From IMG/VR virus record IMGVR_UViG_3300005764_000063, positions 1 to 29,449 of that record: a stretch of DNA of 29,449 bases, one strand, 5' to 3'. This document shows positions 1-7,910 of this stretch, piece by piece. The stretch comes from a virus. Taxonomy: Duplodnaviria; Caudoviricetes. Under the pieces are notes generated by a model, which saw only the letters and a list, made by a program, of their open reading frames with translations, searched no databases and was not told the DNA's origin. Both the position numbers and the translations under genes were made by a program. The stretch's first letter is position 1. Every line of letters begins with the position of its first letter.

Positions 1-299
1 AACCCGGCAAGCTGGCGGGTCTGCCATTCCAGGATCTTGAGCTGCTCCCACTGCTCCCGCTCCCGGCGCCGGGCGATGGTGTCAGTGATCTGGCGCAACC
101 GGCACAGCGGCAGTTCCAGAATCTCCTGATCTGGCCAGCCGTACTCACTGGAGATGAGGTCAAAGGCCTGAGCAATCCCGGCTCCTAGGGGGTCGCCGGG
201 GATTCTGCTGCGGAAACCACCTGCTGCGGGTCTGCTGCCTTGGTGTCCTTGTCCTGGCCCGTCTTGGTGAACAGAGCGAACACCCGGGCCAGCTTTCCC
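1..299 (-). CDS. -1 frameshift extension of the tail assembly chaperone (gpGT-like), 3' partial
   Basis: The -1 frame after GGGAAAG reads ...GIAQAFDLISSEYGWPDQEILELPLCRLRQITDTIARRRERE..., with a typical 'YGWxxxEILxLP' gpT-like motif and no start codon of its own. Confidence 0.75.
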
Positions 300-742
300 C
301 CCAGGCTCTGAAACTCAGGGGCTTCCTGCTCAATCACCGCCACGATGATGTCCACGGTGTCTTCCATGGGCGGGTTGGACAGATGCTCGCTCATGGCCGC
401 CAGGCGGCCCTCATCCTCATCCTGCTCCTTTTTGGTGAGCTTGCGGCCCTTGATGCGGCCCTCGGGTTCCACCATGAGCTGGATGAACTGCAGAGCCTCA
501 ATCCCGGCGTCGGGGATGGACAGCACCAGCATGGTCATGAGGCGCTGAACGAACTCCTCAGGCGGGAGCGAGAAATCCAGGGTGCCGAGAATCCCGGCGC
601 CCATGCCACCGTGGGTGAGGATACGCAAAAGGGCGAACAGCTGGAGCGTCTTCAGCCTGTGCAGCTGCACCGCACTGCCGTTGGACAGCTTGATGACCTT
701 GGGCTGCGGGTCTATCCGGTCAATCTCTGATTCTGCTGCCAT
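185..742 (-). CDS. Tail assembly chaperone (gpG-like)
   Basis: Lies downstream of the major tail gene and contains in-frame G-GGA-AAG (299..293); the -1 frame stays open to the window edge. Confidence 0.8.
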   Translation of the reverse strand: MAAESEIDRIDPQPKVIKLSNGSAVQLHRLKTLQLFALLRILTHGGMGAGILGTLDFSLPPEEFVQRLMTMLVLSIPDAGIEALQFIQLMVEPEGRIKGRKLTKKEQDEDEGRLAAMSEHLSNPPMEDTVDIIVAVIEQEAPEFQSLGGKLARVFALFTKTGQDKDTKAADPQQVVSAAESPATP

Positions 743-791
743 GTGGGCCTCCCTGGGCCTCGCTGATCCGGGCGCTCAGAAAATCGGCTGG

Positions 792-1124
792 TCAGTGCTG
801 AGTGAAGCTGCCGAAATCCCCTGCGGTGATCACAGTTGCAAACGTTGCGCCCTGGCCGTGGGAAACCGGGGTGGTGCTTTCGTCTCCCCGGGTCACCGTG
901 ATGGACGTTGCGGAGTTGATGTTGGTCACTTTGATCTTTTCGGCGGGGAGCGACTCATCCGCAATGTGGCAGTAGGTGGCCCCGCCTGTGCTGACCGCTG
1001 GCAGCTGTGACGAATCCAGCACCGTCCAGGTCTCAGAAGTCCCGCCAGCTGGGGCCGTGGTCCCGCTAGAGGTGGACGGATCCGTGGTCACAGTCGCGTC
1101 GTTGGCGAACAGCAGGCCGGTCAT
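792..1124 (-). CDS. Small Thr-rich virion/tail accessory protein
   Basis: FANDA...EKIKVT...ITVTRGDESTTPVSH pattern, resembling a beta-rich module at the N-termini of phage tail/fibre proteins; located in the tail region. Confidence 0.55.
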   Translation of the reverse strand: MTGLLFANDATVTTDPSTSSGTTAPAGGTSETWTVLDSSQLPAVSTGGATYCHIADESLPAEKIKVTNINSATSITVTRGDESTTPVSHGQGATFATVITAGDFGSFTQH

Positions 1125-1139
1125 GGACGGGGAATCGGG

Positions 1140-1823
1140 CTACTTCAGCGCGAAGAACGGCAGGAACTGGGCCGTATTGGACAAGGAGGTCATGTCGAAC
1201 GGATCGGGGATAGTGGTGTCCGCGACATGGTTGTTGTTTGCCCAGGAGATGAACGGAACCGGGCTGGCACACGGAATCTCGGTCACGTTGCTGCCGTTGC
1301 CCACGTAGAGGGAAGCTTGCCCGGTAACTGAGGCCGGGTACAGGAACAGCACGTAAAGCACCTGCTGCGCGGCTGGGGTGACCGTTGCGCTGAGGGTCAT
1401 GTCATAGAAGTCGGCTGTAGAGGACGCCAGGATAGTGTCAGCGTTGGTGGCGCTGGCCAGGTGGTTCCCCGCTGAATCAGCTACGACGAAGACGGCTCCC
1501 GTCCCCGTTTGAGGGAGTGCCACGCCAACCCGCAGCTTGCTGAACGACGTTGTGGTGTCCGTCACCAGCGCGGCGGCATAGGTGCTGCCTCCGGTATGCG
1601 CCGAGTTCCCGTTGACGGCGCTGGGGTCCATTGTGGAACCGTTCCAGCCACCGAGGATGTTCCACGGCATCCGGAAGCTGGAGCCTACGCTCAGGTTCCC
1701 TATCTTGAGCTTCTTGGTGGTCCCGGTCGGGGCCATCGTCAGATCATCAACATCCACGACCACCAGAAGGTCATTGGGATCATCCGATGAGGTCAGCTCG
1801 GCATAAGCGCTGATCTTTGACAT
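1140..1823 (-). CDS. Putative minor tail/fibre-like protein
   Basis: N-terminal KISAY...DLLVVVDVDD...GTTKKLKIGNL motif, followed by a beta-rich body rich in S/T/A. Confidence 0.55.
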   Translation of the reverse strand: MSKISAYAELTSSDDPNDLLVVVDVDDLTMAPTGTTKKLKIGNLSVGSSFRMPWNILGGWNGSTMDPSAVNGNSAHTGGSTYAAALVTDTTTSFSKLRVGVALPQTGTGAVFVVADSAGNHLASATNADTILASSTADFYDMTLSATVTPAAQQVLYVLFLYPASVTGQASLYVGNGSNVTEIPCASPVPFISWANNNHVADTTIPDPFDMTSLSNTAQFLPFFALK

Positions 1824-1827
1824 GGGG

Positions 1828-2259
1828 TCAGCCGTTCCGGTCGTTCACCAGGAGAGATATCCCGAAAGTCACTGAGGTGAATCCGCTAATCGTCCATTTG
1901 ACCTGGTAGGCCTCTCCGTAACACGGGTCCAGGGTGCTGAGGACGTTGCTGGTGGTCCCGGTGAATCCCGTGGTGTTGAAGATCCCGCCCGTGGCGCTGT
2001 TCAAGGCCGTGCCTGAAACTGCGTCCTTATCAGAGCAAGCGAAGAAGCTGCCGGTCTGCGGGTTGCGCTCGTCCAGCTCAAACTTGATCGTCCCGGAGCC
2101 GGAAACCGCCGTGATGTCCAGATAAAACCGGACGGTATCCACACTGGTGAGGTAGATCTCCTGGGAGTTCCCGCTGGTGGTCTGGGCGTTAAGGGTAGCC
2201 AGGTTTACCCCGGTGACCCCCAGCACCTGCCCGCCGTTCAGGATTCTTTTGGCCGCCAT
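1828..2259 (-). CDS. Putative virion beta-sandwich protein (143 aa, starts MAAKRIL)
   Basis: ATG at 2259 overlaps the upstream stop (TAATG); T/S/G-rich beta pattern. The ORF track's 2472 start overlaps the upstream gene and was trimmed. Confidence 0.6.
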   Translation of the reverse strand: MAAKRILNGGQVLGVTGVNLATLNAQTTSGNSQEIYLTSVDTVRFYLDITAVSGSGTIKFELDERNPQTGSFFACSDKDAVSGTALNSATGGIFNTTGFTGTTSNVLSTLDPCYGEAYQVKWTISGFTSVTFGISLLVNDRNG

Positions 2260-3422
2260 TACTCTGCAGTCCCCACAACCTTGCCCAGGTTGATGAATCT
2301 CCTGGTTCCCGAGGTCTGGGCGTACTCCATGCTGAAGTGCATGCTCTTGGCCCCAGTGCTGGAGATGGAGACCATGGACCGGCCTGCCATAGAGCTGTAG
2401 ACCGTGCCGTCCACGGTGATGTCTATGTACTGCGTAACGCTGAAGTCCGCCCGGACCTTGACATAACGCCACACCCCCGCATCATCCCAGCTGCCGCCTA
2501 CCGGATCCCAGGAGTGCTGGGACATGGCGTTCTTGGTGGTAAATGCGAATGGCACATATCGCTGGGCGCCGCCAATCGGGGCGGCGTTGTCGAGATACCA
2601 CAGAAGCGTGTTGTCGTTGTTCCAGTTGGACGCCGGGTTCATCCCGATAGCCAGCTGGAACATCATCCTGGCGGCGTTCTGGTTGGTGCCATCGCGGTTG
2701 TAGAGCGACACACTGATGAGTGCGGTGTTAGCGCTGGCCGAAGACTTGCTAGTCGGCCGGAACCACATCGCATTGCCAAACCGGCCTGTGTATTCGTCAT
2801 CAATCCGGCGCTTGGTGACCGTCCCCGAAGTGTTGGGCGAGTTCCCGGCGTGCGGGTTGGGGTTGTTGACGATGCACGTAGCGGTCCCGATGTTGGCCGT
2901 GGTGATCGACGTATCAGGGCTTCCGGGCAGGACCACCAGTTTGGTCCCGGAGAACGTGACCGTCCAGTTATTGGCCGTGCCCGAGACAACCGCACTGGTG
3001 TAGGACAGCACCGCTGAGTTGCCGCTGGTGGTCTGCCAGGAGCCTGAGCTGCTGGGCGTGTTCAGGACGATGTAACCGCCTCCGGTGTCCACCGTTGGTG
3101 AGCCGGTCTGGGCAGAGGTGGTCACGAACGAGGCGCTGGAAGCGGCTGTGAGCGTCTGCGGGGAGCCGCCCAGGGTCAGCTGCTGGCTGTTGGTGGATGA
3201 GGACGTGGTGTTGCCCTGGGGGTCCAGCCGCAGCGTCGGGTAGCCGTTGAACAGGACGTTGTAATCAGGTGAGGCGGACCCGCACCCGTCGTTGAACATC
3301 CCGCCCTGGCGCAAATGCGGCGTGGCATTCTCCACGAACAGCACCCGGCCAGTGATGGGGTACCGGACAGGTGTGACGATTGCCGGTGCGTACGGGGCTG
3401 GGGGAGCGTCCAGGACACCCAT
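2259..3422 (-). CDS. Putative minor tail/receptor-binding protein, very Ser/Thr-rich
   Basis: 387 aa, RBS GGAGG, S/T/G/N-rich with an aromatic beta C-terminal half (lectin-like by appearance only). Confidence 0.55.
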   Translation of the reverse strand: MGVLDAPPAPYAPAIVTPVRYPITGRVLFVENATPHLRQGGMFNDGCGSASPDYNVLFNGYPTLRLDPQGNTTSSSTNSQQLTLGGSPQTLTAASSASFVTTSAQTGSPTVDTGGGYIVLNTPSSSGSWQTTSGNSAVLSYTSAVVSGTANNWTVTFSGTKLVVLPGSPDTSITTANIGTATCIVNNPNPHAGNSPNTSGTVTKRRIDDEYTGRFGNAMWFRPTSKSSASANTALISVSLYNRDGTNQNAARMMFQLAIGMNPASNWNNDNTLLWYLDNAAPIGGAQRYVPFAFTTKNAMSQHSWDPVGGSWDDAGVWRYVKVRADFSVTQYIDITVDGTVYSSMAGRSMVSISSTGAKSMHFSMEYAQTSGTRRFINLGKVVGTAE

Positions 3423-3433
3423 GCGAAGCCTCC

Positions 3434-3883
3434 CTACGTGACCGTGAGCGCGGGCTGGGCGCTGACCGCCCCCGATGAATCCCGGGTCACCTGGGGCTGG
3501 GTGACTGTGTGCGCCCCATAGGTGACGTGGTAGGCATCCACGGCTCCCGGGAACGTAGTGCTCAGCACGTCAGCAGTCCAGGTACCAGTAGTTCCATCGG
3601 GCCAGGTGACCGTAGCTGAGGTGACCGCCTCGTTGCTGTTGCGGGTAACCGACGTAAAAGCCAGCGACTCCACCGCGCTGACCAGCCACTGAGGCAGGGT
3701 TACCTGAAACCCAATCCCGAGATCCGTGCCGATCAGTGAGGCAAGCGGGGTGTGCAGAGACGAGATCAGGGCCTTCTTGGTGCTCCCAGCGGGAGACTCC
3801 GTGGCGTCCTGAACATCTACCACCATGAGCCAGTCATCACCCGTAGGCGAGGACTGCTGCGGGTAAGAGGTGACCGTCCCCAT
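3434..3883 (-). CDS. Putative minor tail protein
   Basis: Shares the N-terminal motif of 1140..1823; the C-terminal VTWPDGTTG...FPGAVDAY...TQPQVTRD domain resembles actinophage tail proteins. Confidence 0.6.
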   Translation of the reverse strand: MGTVTSYPQQSSPTGDDWLMVVDVQDATESPAGSTKKALISSLHTPLASLIGTDLGIGFQVTLPQWLVSAVESLAFTSVTRNSNEAVTSATVTWPDGTTGTWTADVLSTTFPGAVDAYHVTYGAHTVTQPQVTRDSSGAVSAQPALTVT

Positions 3884-3888
3884 AAGGA

Positions 3889-4494
3889 TCAGGTGCCCGC
3901 GAACGGCTCCGCGACGAAGGCGCCGGTCTTGGTGCCGGGCTCCGCAATCAGGCGGCCGATGCTGCGTGGGTAGCCGACCGGCAGCGTCGTTCCAACCTCG
4001 TCCACCAAGCTCATGAGCGCCCGGCCGTTGACGCTGAAGGTCAGGCCGTTCTTGTAGCTCGGGCCGGTGAAGTTGAACGGCATGAACTGCACTTTATAGA
4101 GCACGAAGTCCAGGGTGTACAGCGAACCAGCGCTGTCCTTGGCCGGGCACCGGATAGCCATGGGCCTGGTGACCGTGTTCATGCTCGCCAGGGTCCACAG
4201 CGGCACCGAGTAGTAGTCGTTCGGGGCAGCGCCTGAGCTGGAGACCGTAGTGCCGGTGATCAGCGCGATGGTGTCGAACGGCACAAAGCCGTCCTCAACG
4301 GTCACGTTGGCGAAATTGATCCAAAACCACTCAGACAGGACAATATCGTCGCCCGTGTTCTCAAAGTTCCCGGAGTCGGTGGCGACGGTGCCGTTCCGGC
4401 AGCCGTAGAGGGTGGCGTCCTCGGCTCCCGTAGAGCCGTTCAGGATAGCTGCGTGGGAGAGTGAGAAACCCTCAAAGATGCGGGTCGATGCCAC
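3889..4494 (-). CDS. Major tail (tube) protein
   Basis: 201 aa with tube-like features (ENTGDD, FVLYKVQF, GPSYKNGL), RBS GGAGGG, upstream of the frameshifting chaperone. Confidence 0.7.
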   Translation of the reverse strand: MASTRIFEGFSLSHAAILNGSTGAEDATLYGCRNGTVATDSGNFENTGDDIVLSEWFWINFANVTVEDGFVPFDTIALITGTTVSSSGAAPNDYYSVPLWTLASMNTVTRPMAIRCPAKDSAGSLYTLDFVLYKVQFMPFNFTGPSYKNGLTFSVNGRALMSLVDEVGTTLPVGYPRSIGRLIAEPGTKTGAFVAEPFAGT

Positions 4495-4553
4495 TTGACT
4501 ACCCTCCGCGAAGTGATTCCCCTGGCTGGGATGTTCGCGTAGGTAATCGGCCC

Positions 4554-4814
4554 TCAGGAGCAGGCGTTGTTGATGTGCTCGGCCAGCAGCCCGGGGAGCA
4601 GTGGCTCCAGGGCAGGGTGGGCCTGGGCAGCCTGGATCTCCGTGCTGAGGAACGCGCAGAACTTATCGTGGCGCTGGTGCTGCGTCTGGTTCTGCCGGAT
4701 GAGCGTCACGGCCATGAACACGGTGATGGAGGATGCCACCACGGCCAGCAAGCAAGAAACTGTCATGAGCAAGATCACCCAGCTGATCTTGCGGCGCTGG
4801 ACAGCTTCAGGCAC
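4554..4814 (-). CDS. Single-pass membrane protein, lysis cluster
   Basis: Likely GTG start at 4814 overlapping the upstream gene end; long hydrophobic segment ISWVILLM...VFMAVTLI. Confidence 0.55.
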   Translation of the reverse strand: MPEAVQRRKISWVILLMTVSCLLAVVASSITVFMAVTLIRQNQTQHQRHDKFCAFLSTEIQAAQAHPALEPLLPGLLAEHINNACS

Positions 4815-5286
4815 TAGGCTCGCCTTCTCCCAGGCGGGCCCGCAGCTCCGCAACCTCAGCACGGAGCTTGCGCATCTCTCCCCCCGGATCCTCGCGGTAA
4901 TTGCGAATCCAGAGCACCGAACGCCAGTTGATCACCAGCCCGCTGGCAATCACACCCCCGAGATAGACCCACGCCTGGGCAAACGTGTCCAGCTGGCCGT
5001 GGTTGAACCACTGGGACCACAGAATCATGCCACTGGACCAGACAACAGCGGTCTCCATCCAGACCATGTTGGTGCCCAGATCCGTCTGCCACCACTTGCC
5101 GTGGCCGCGAAGGCCCTGCACGGTGTACAGGCCGATCCACGCCACCGGAGATATGACCGCGAAAGACAGGGCCCACTTGGGCAGCCAGTTCAGTAGCTGC
5201 TGGTGACCGCTGAAAAACAGCCCGGCAGCGAACCAGGCGATAACTAGGAAGACGGCCACCAGATTGGCCGTCCTGGCGGATCTCAC
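4807..5286 (-). CDS. Holin-like multi-pass membrane protein
   Basis: About 4 TM segments and a charged coiled-coil C-terminus; WWQTDLGTNM motif resembling actinophage putative holins. Confidence 0.6.
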   Translation of the reverse strand: MRSARTANLVAVFLVIAWFAAGLFFSGHQQLLNWLPKWALSFAVISPVAWIGLYTVQGLRGHGKWWQTDLGTNMVWMETAVVWSSGMILWSQWFNHGQLDTFAQAWVYLGGVIASGLVINWRSVLWIRNYREDPGGEMRKLRAEVAELRARLGEGEPSA

Positions 5287-5292
5287 GAGCCC

Positions 5293-5514
5293 CTATCCCC
5301 CCACGATGAACCACAGCAGGGCTGACAGATGGTTGTCATCCATCAGCTTGTCAATCCTATGGTGCAGCGGCTGTTCCTCGGCCAGCTTCCGGCGCTGGTC
5401 AGAAAGCGCCATGGCTGCTGTACTGGCAGCCTGCTCCGCAGCGGCGAGGTGCCGCTCGGCGTCCCGCTTACGGGCGCCTGGAAGCCTGAACCGGGGCCTA
5501 CGATGAGTGGCCAC
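5293..5514 (-). CDS. Small helical lysis-cluster protein
   Basis: Likely GTG start at 5514 overlapping the upstream gene; helical, ends ...DDNHLSALL, the 'NH' pattern of small proteins in actinophage lysis cassettes. Confidence 0.5.
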   Translation of the reverse strand: MATHRRPRFRLPGARKRDAERHLAAAEQAASTAAMALSDQRRKLAEEQPLHHRIDKLMDDNHLSALLWFIVGG

Positions 5515-5779
5515 GGGTGTCCCGGCGACGGTCCCTGGCGCTGGAGAAGGCTTCGGCAATGAGCGAGGAAGCACGGACTGCAGCGTCGGCCCGCTCATCC
5601 GATACCTCCTTGGCCTTTGTCATGTCGGCCAGTGCCTTCTCCAGCCTGTCCCCGCGAGCCACCTCCCGATCGAACTCGCCATCGGTGTGCAGCTTGCCGT
5701 TCAGAATGAGTGCCAGAAAGAAAACCAGGACGGTGATGGCTCCTACCCCACCAGTTAGAAGGGTCTCAACGCTCACCAC
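5498..5779 (-). CDS. Membrane protein (N-terminal TM plus coiled coil), lysis cluster
   Basis: GTG at 5779/5776 after a purine-rich RBS; TM segment GAITVLVFFLALILNGKL followed by a charged helix. Confidence 0.6.
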   Translation of the reverse strand: MVSVETLLTGGVGAITVLVFFLALILNGKLHTDGEFDREVARGDRLEKALADMTKAKEVSDERADAAVRASSLIAEAFSSARDRRRDTRGHSS

Positions 5780-5866
5780 TTTCCCCTGGATCTCCCTCTC
5801 ACACAAGCGCTCTAGCCAATGTGGGTATCGGGGCACGATGTGACTGCTGGGGTTTGAAGAACCAGG

Positions 5867-5902
5867 CAGCCCTGCCGCCAGGTCCGGTGGGCGGCAGGGC
5901 TG
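5867..5902 (-). terminator. Intrinsic terminator-like hairpin
   Basis: 13-bp perfect inverted repeat CAGCCCTGCCGCC/GGCGGCAGGGCTG, 30 nt after the peptidase stop. Confidence 0.6.
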
Positions 5903-5932
5903 AGGTACTCTGGCCGATCCTGTCAGGCCAGG

Positions 5933-6790
5933 TTACTCCACCCCAGGCATGTCGGCCAGCAGCTGCTCCAGGTCCATCCCCTGCACCGTCACACCGTTAG
6001 CCTGGATGAAATCCGCCGAGACCGGAACGTAGGCTTCCTTGATCTGGTGGTGCCCGAACATCCGGGTAGAGCGCTGCAGCAGCCCCCAGGTCACCATCTC
6101 GTAGACCCCGGTGTAACCCACGCCCCGGTACTGGAAGGCGATGGAGTGATAGCCCAGCAGCGGGGAGCCGGGGACGTACTGCCAGGGCTGGCCAGCGGAG
6201 AACTGATCTTCCTGGGCCTGCTGCACCGCGATGTCCACCACGACAGTGCCAAAGGTGCTCAGCGCGGCAGTCATGAGACTCAGGTCGGTGGGGTCCTTGA
6301 AGGCTGCCCAGCCTGCGAGCTTGTGGGTGTACCCGGCCTCGTCCACCATGCCTGTGTGCATCAGGTAGTTGAGAACATCAGGCTCCTGGCAGCCGTTGTC
6401 AGTGGAGGGATTCCCCGGCACATACCCACCGCAGGCCGAGTAGGTGCTGACAATCACCTGATCACTGAAGACTGCGGGGGAGTACCCGGCATAGACCCGC
6501 TGAGCGTCAAAGCTGTGCGCGGCACGGGCAATCGTGCAGTCCCCGAGCTGGTCGTTGAGGTACATCCGCCAGTCGCTGATGCGCTGGGCCCGGTCGATGA
6601 CCTGAGTGGAAGAGACCGGGGGAATGGTTCCCGTGGTCCCCACTGCGATCCGGGCCGGGTGCCTGGCGTCCGGGCCAGGGGCGAGCTGCCCGTCCCACGG
6701 CCTCAGGTAGTGCTCCAGGAACGGGACGTACCGGTCAGGATCCCGGGGAACCACACCATGCTTGCCGGGAGTGCGGGTCTCGTTGGCCAC
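5933..6790 (-). CDS. Papain-like (C1-related) cysteine peptidase; candidate endolysin
   Basis: NDQLGDCTIA (Cys), GYHSIAF (His) and VTWG motifs; RBS AAGGAGG; directly upstream of the holin-like cluster. Confidence 0.6.
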   Translation of the reverse strand: MANETRTPGKHGVVPRDPDRYVPFLEHYLRPWDGQLAPGPDARHPARIAVGTTGTIPPVSSTQVIDRAQRISDWRMYLNDQLGDCTIARAAHSFDAQRVYAGYSPAVFSDQVIVSTYSACGGYVPGNPSTDNGCQEPDVLNYLMHTGMVDEAGYTHKLAGWAAFKDPTDLSLMTAALSTFGTVVVDIAVQQAQEDQFSAGQPWQYVPGSPLLGYHSIAFQYRGVGYTGVYEMVTWGLLQRSTRMFGHHQIKEAYVPVSADFIQANGVTVQGMDLEQLLADMPGVE

Positions 6791-6879
6791 TGCTGCTGCC
6801 TCCTTCTAAGCGTGCCGGGAGAATCGGCGTCACCGCGTTCTGGCGTACAGGAGCACCCACAGCCAGGTAAGCGCAACAA

Positions 6880-6907
6880 GCAGGGCTGCCCCCACGGGCA
6901 GCCCTGC
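6880..6907 (-). terminator. Hairpin/terminator
   Basis: 12-bp perfect stem GCAGGGCTGCCC/GGGCAGCCCTGC followed by TTGTT on the minus strand. Confidence 0.5.
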
Positions 6908-6928
6908 CAGGAACCCCCAGATGAACAA

Positions 6929-7075
6929 CTAAACCCGTCCGTCCGTACCGGCGAGCCTGGTCTGCAGGCACACCGCGTCAGAGCAGAGACAGCCTGCCGG
7001 ATGCAGGGCATCCCAGCGCGGGTTAGGAGCGCTCGCTGCGCTGGCCCAGCCGTTGGGGGGATCACCTTCACGCAT
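6929..7075 (-). CDS. Small hypothetical protein (48 aa, MREGDPP...CLCSDAVC...)
   Basis: Strong RBS AAGGAGG 6 nt before the ATG at 7075. Confidence 0.55.
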   Translation of the reverse strand: MREGDPPNGWASAASAPNPRWDALHPAGCLCSDAVCLQTRLAGTDGRV

Positions 7076-7118
7076 GTTCTTTCCTCCTTCTGCTTTGCCC
7101 CGGAAGGGCGTGGCCAGC

Positions 7119-7337
7119 CTACGCGCGGCCGAAGCGATCGAACTCGCCGTTGTGGGCACCACCCACAAACGCCCGCCACTCACCGGGGGTGAAACACAGC
7201 ACCGGCCCGGTCTTGTCCTTGGAATCACGCACGCCAACCACGCCGCCAGGCAGGTCAGCGACCTCAACGCAATTGCTGTTGGAGAAGCTCAGGGAACTCT
7301 TGACCCAGACCGGGCCGGGGTCCTGGCGCTCACTCAT
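7119..7337 (-). CDS. DUF397 domain protein
   Basis: WVKSSLS-NSNCVEVA-VGVRDSKD-GPVL-FTPGEWRAFVGG-GEFD, the canonical DUF397 signature. Confidence 0.92.
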   Translation of the reverse strand: MSERQDPGPVWVKSSLSFSNSNCVEVADLPGGVVGVRDSKDKTGPVLCFTPGEWRAFVGGAHNGEFDRFGRA

Positions 7338-7406
7338 TGAAGTCTTCCCTTCGCAGAGGCAGCGATTTGCCCTGATCATAACGGTGCAACTATCACTGCA
7401 CCATGT

Positions 7407-7589
7407 CTATCCGTAAAGCCATATACCCGTACCGCAAACCGTGCTTACCCTGCGGTTATGCGACCGATCAAGAACTGCCTCGCTGTTCTGGGTGCGGCCG
7501 GGATCATCCTCGGTCCCGCTGCGGCATCCATGGCAGCAGCACCTGTCCCGGCCGTGACTATCGTCGCGGACGGGAACATGTTCCACCAC
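7407..7589 (-). CDS. Hypothetical small protein
   Basis: Fills the gap between neighbouring genes; CCCHGC motif; weak support. Confidence 0.3.
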   Translation of the reverse strand: MVEHVPVRDDSHGRDRCCCHGCRSGTEDDPGRTQNSEAVLDRSHNRRVSTVCGTGIWLYG

Positions 7590-7607
7590 GGCAGCCCCGG
7601 CTCGTAG

Positions 7608-7757
7608 CTAGAGCTGCCACCAGGGCCTTGAGGAGTCTCCTGGCTCCCCCTGGGCCCTCAGCCGCTTGGCTTTGCTCTTTGAGTTGCGCTTGACCTTGCC
7701 AGCATCAGCTCTGCGCTGACGTTCGGCCTTCCGCTTCTCGGTCTTCTTGTTCCCCAT
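7608..7757 (-). CDS. Small highly basic protein
   Basis: MGNKKTEKRKAERQRR..., K/R-rich; start is uncertain (7757 or 7793). Confidence 0.5.
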   Translation of the reverse strand: MGNKKTEKRKAERQRRADAGKVKRNSKSKAKRLRAQGEPGDSSRPWWQL

Positions 7758-7819
7758 CAAAACCCATGGGGCCTGCAAAGTAACCGCTTGCACAGAGATC
7801 TCCCCCTCACATCAGGCTG

Positions 7820-7898
7820 AAAAGCAGCGGGCGGGGCGATGATCGTTTTATCTGCGCCTGTACTCAGGCCGCTACGATCTCGTGTCCCGCCCGCGCTT
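7820..7898 (-). other. Long nested hairpin (terminator or small RNA)
   Basis: Stems GCGGGCGGG/CCCGCCCGC, GATCGT/ACGATC and GCCTG/CAGGC, followed by a U-tract on the minus strand. Confidence 0.55.
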
Positions 7899-7910
7899 AC
7901 CGGCACTTGG

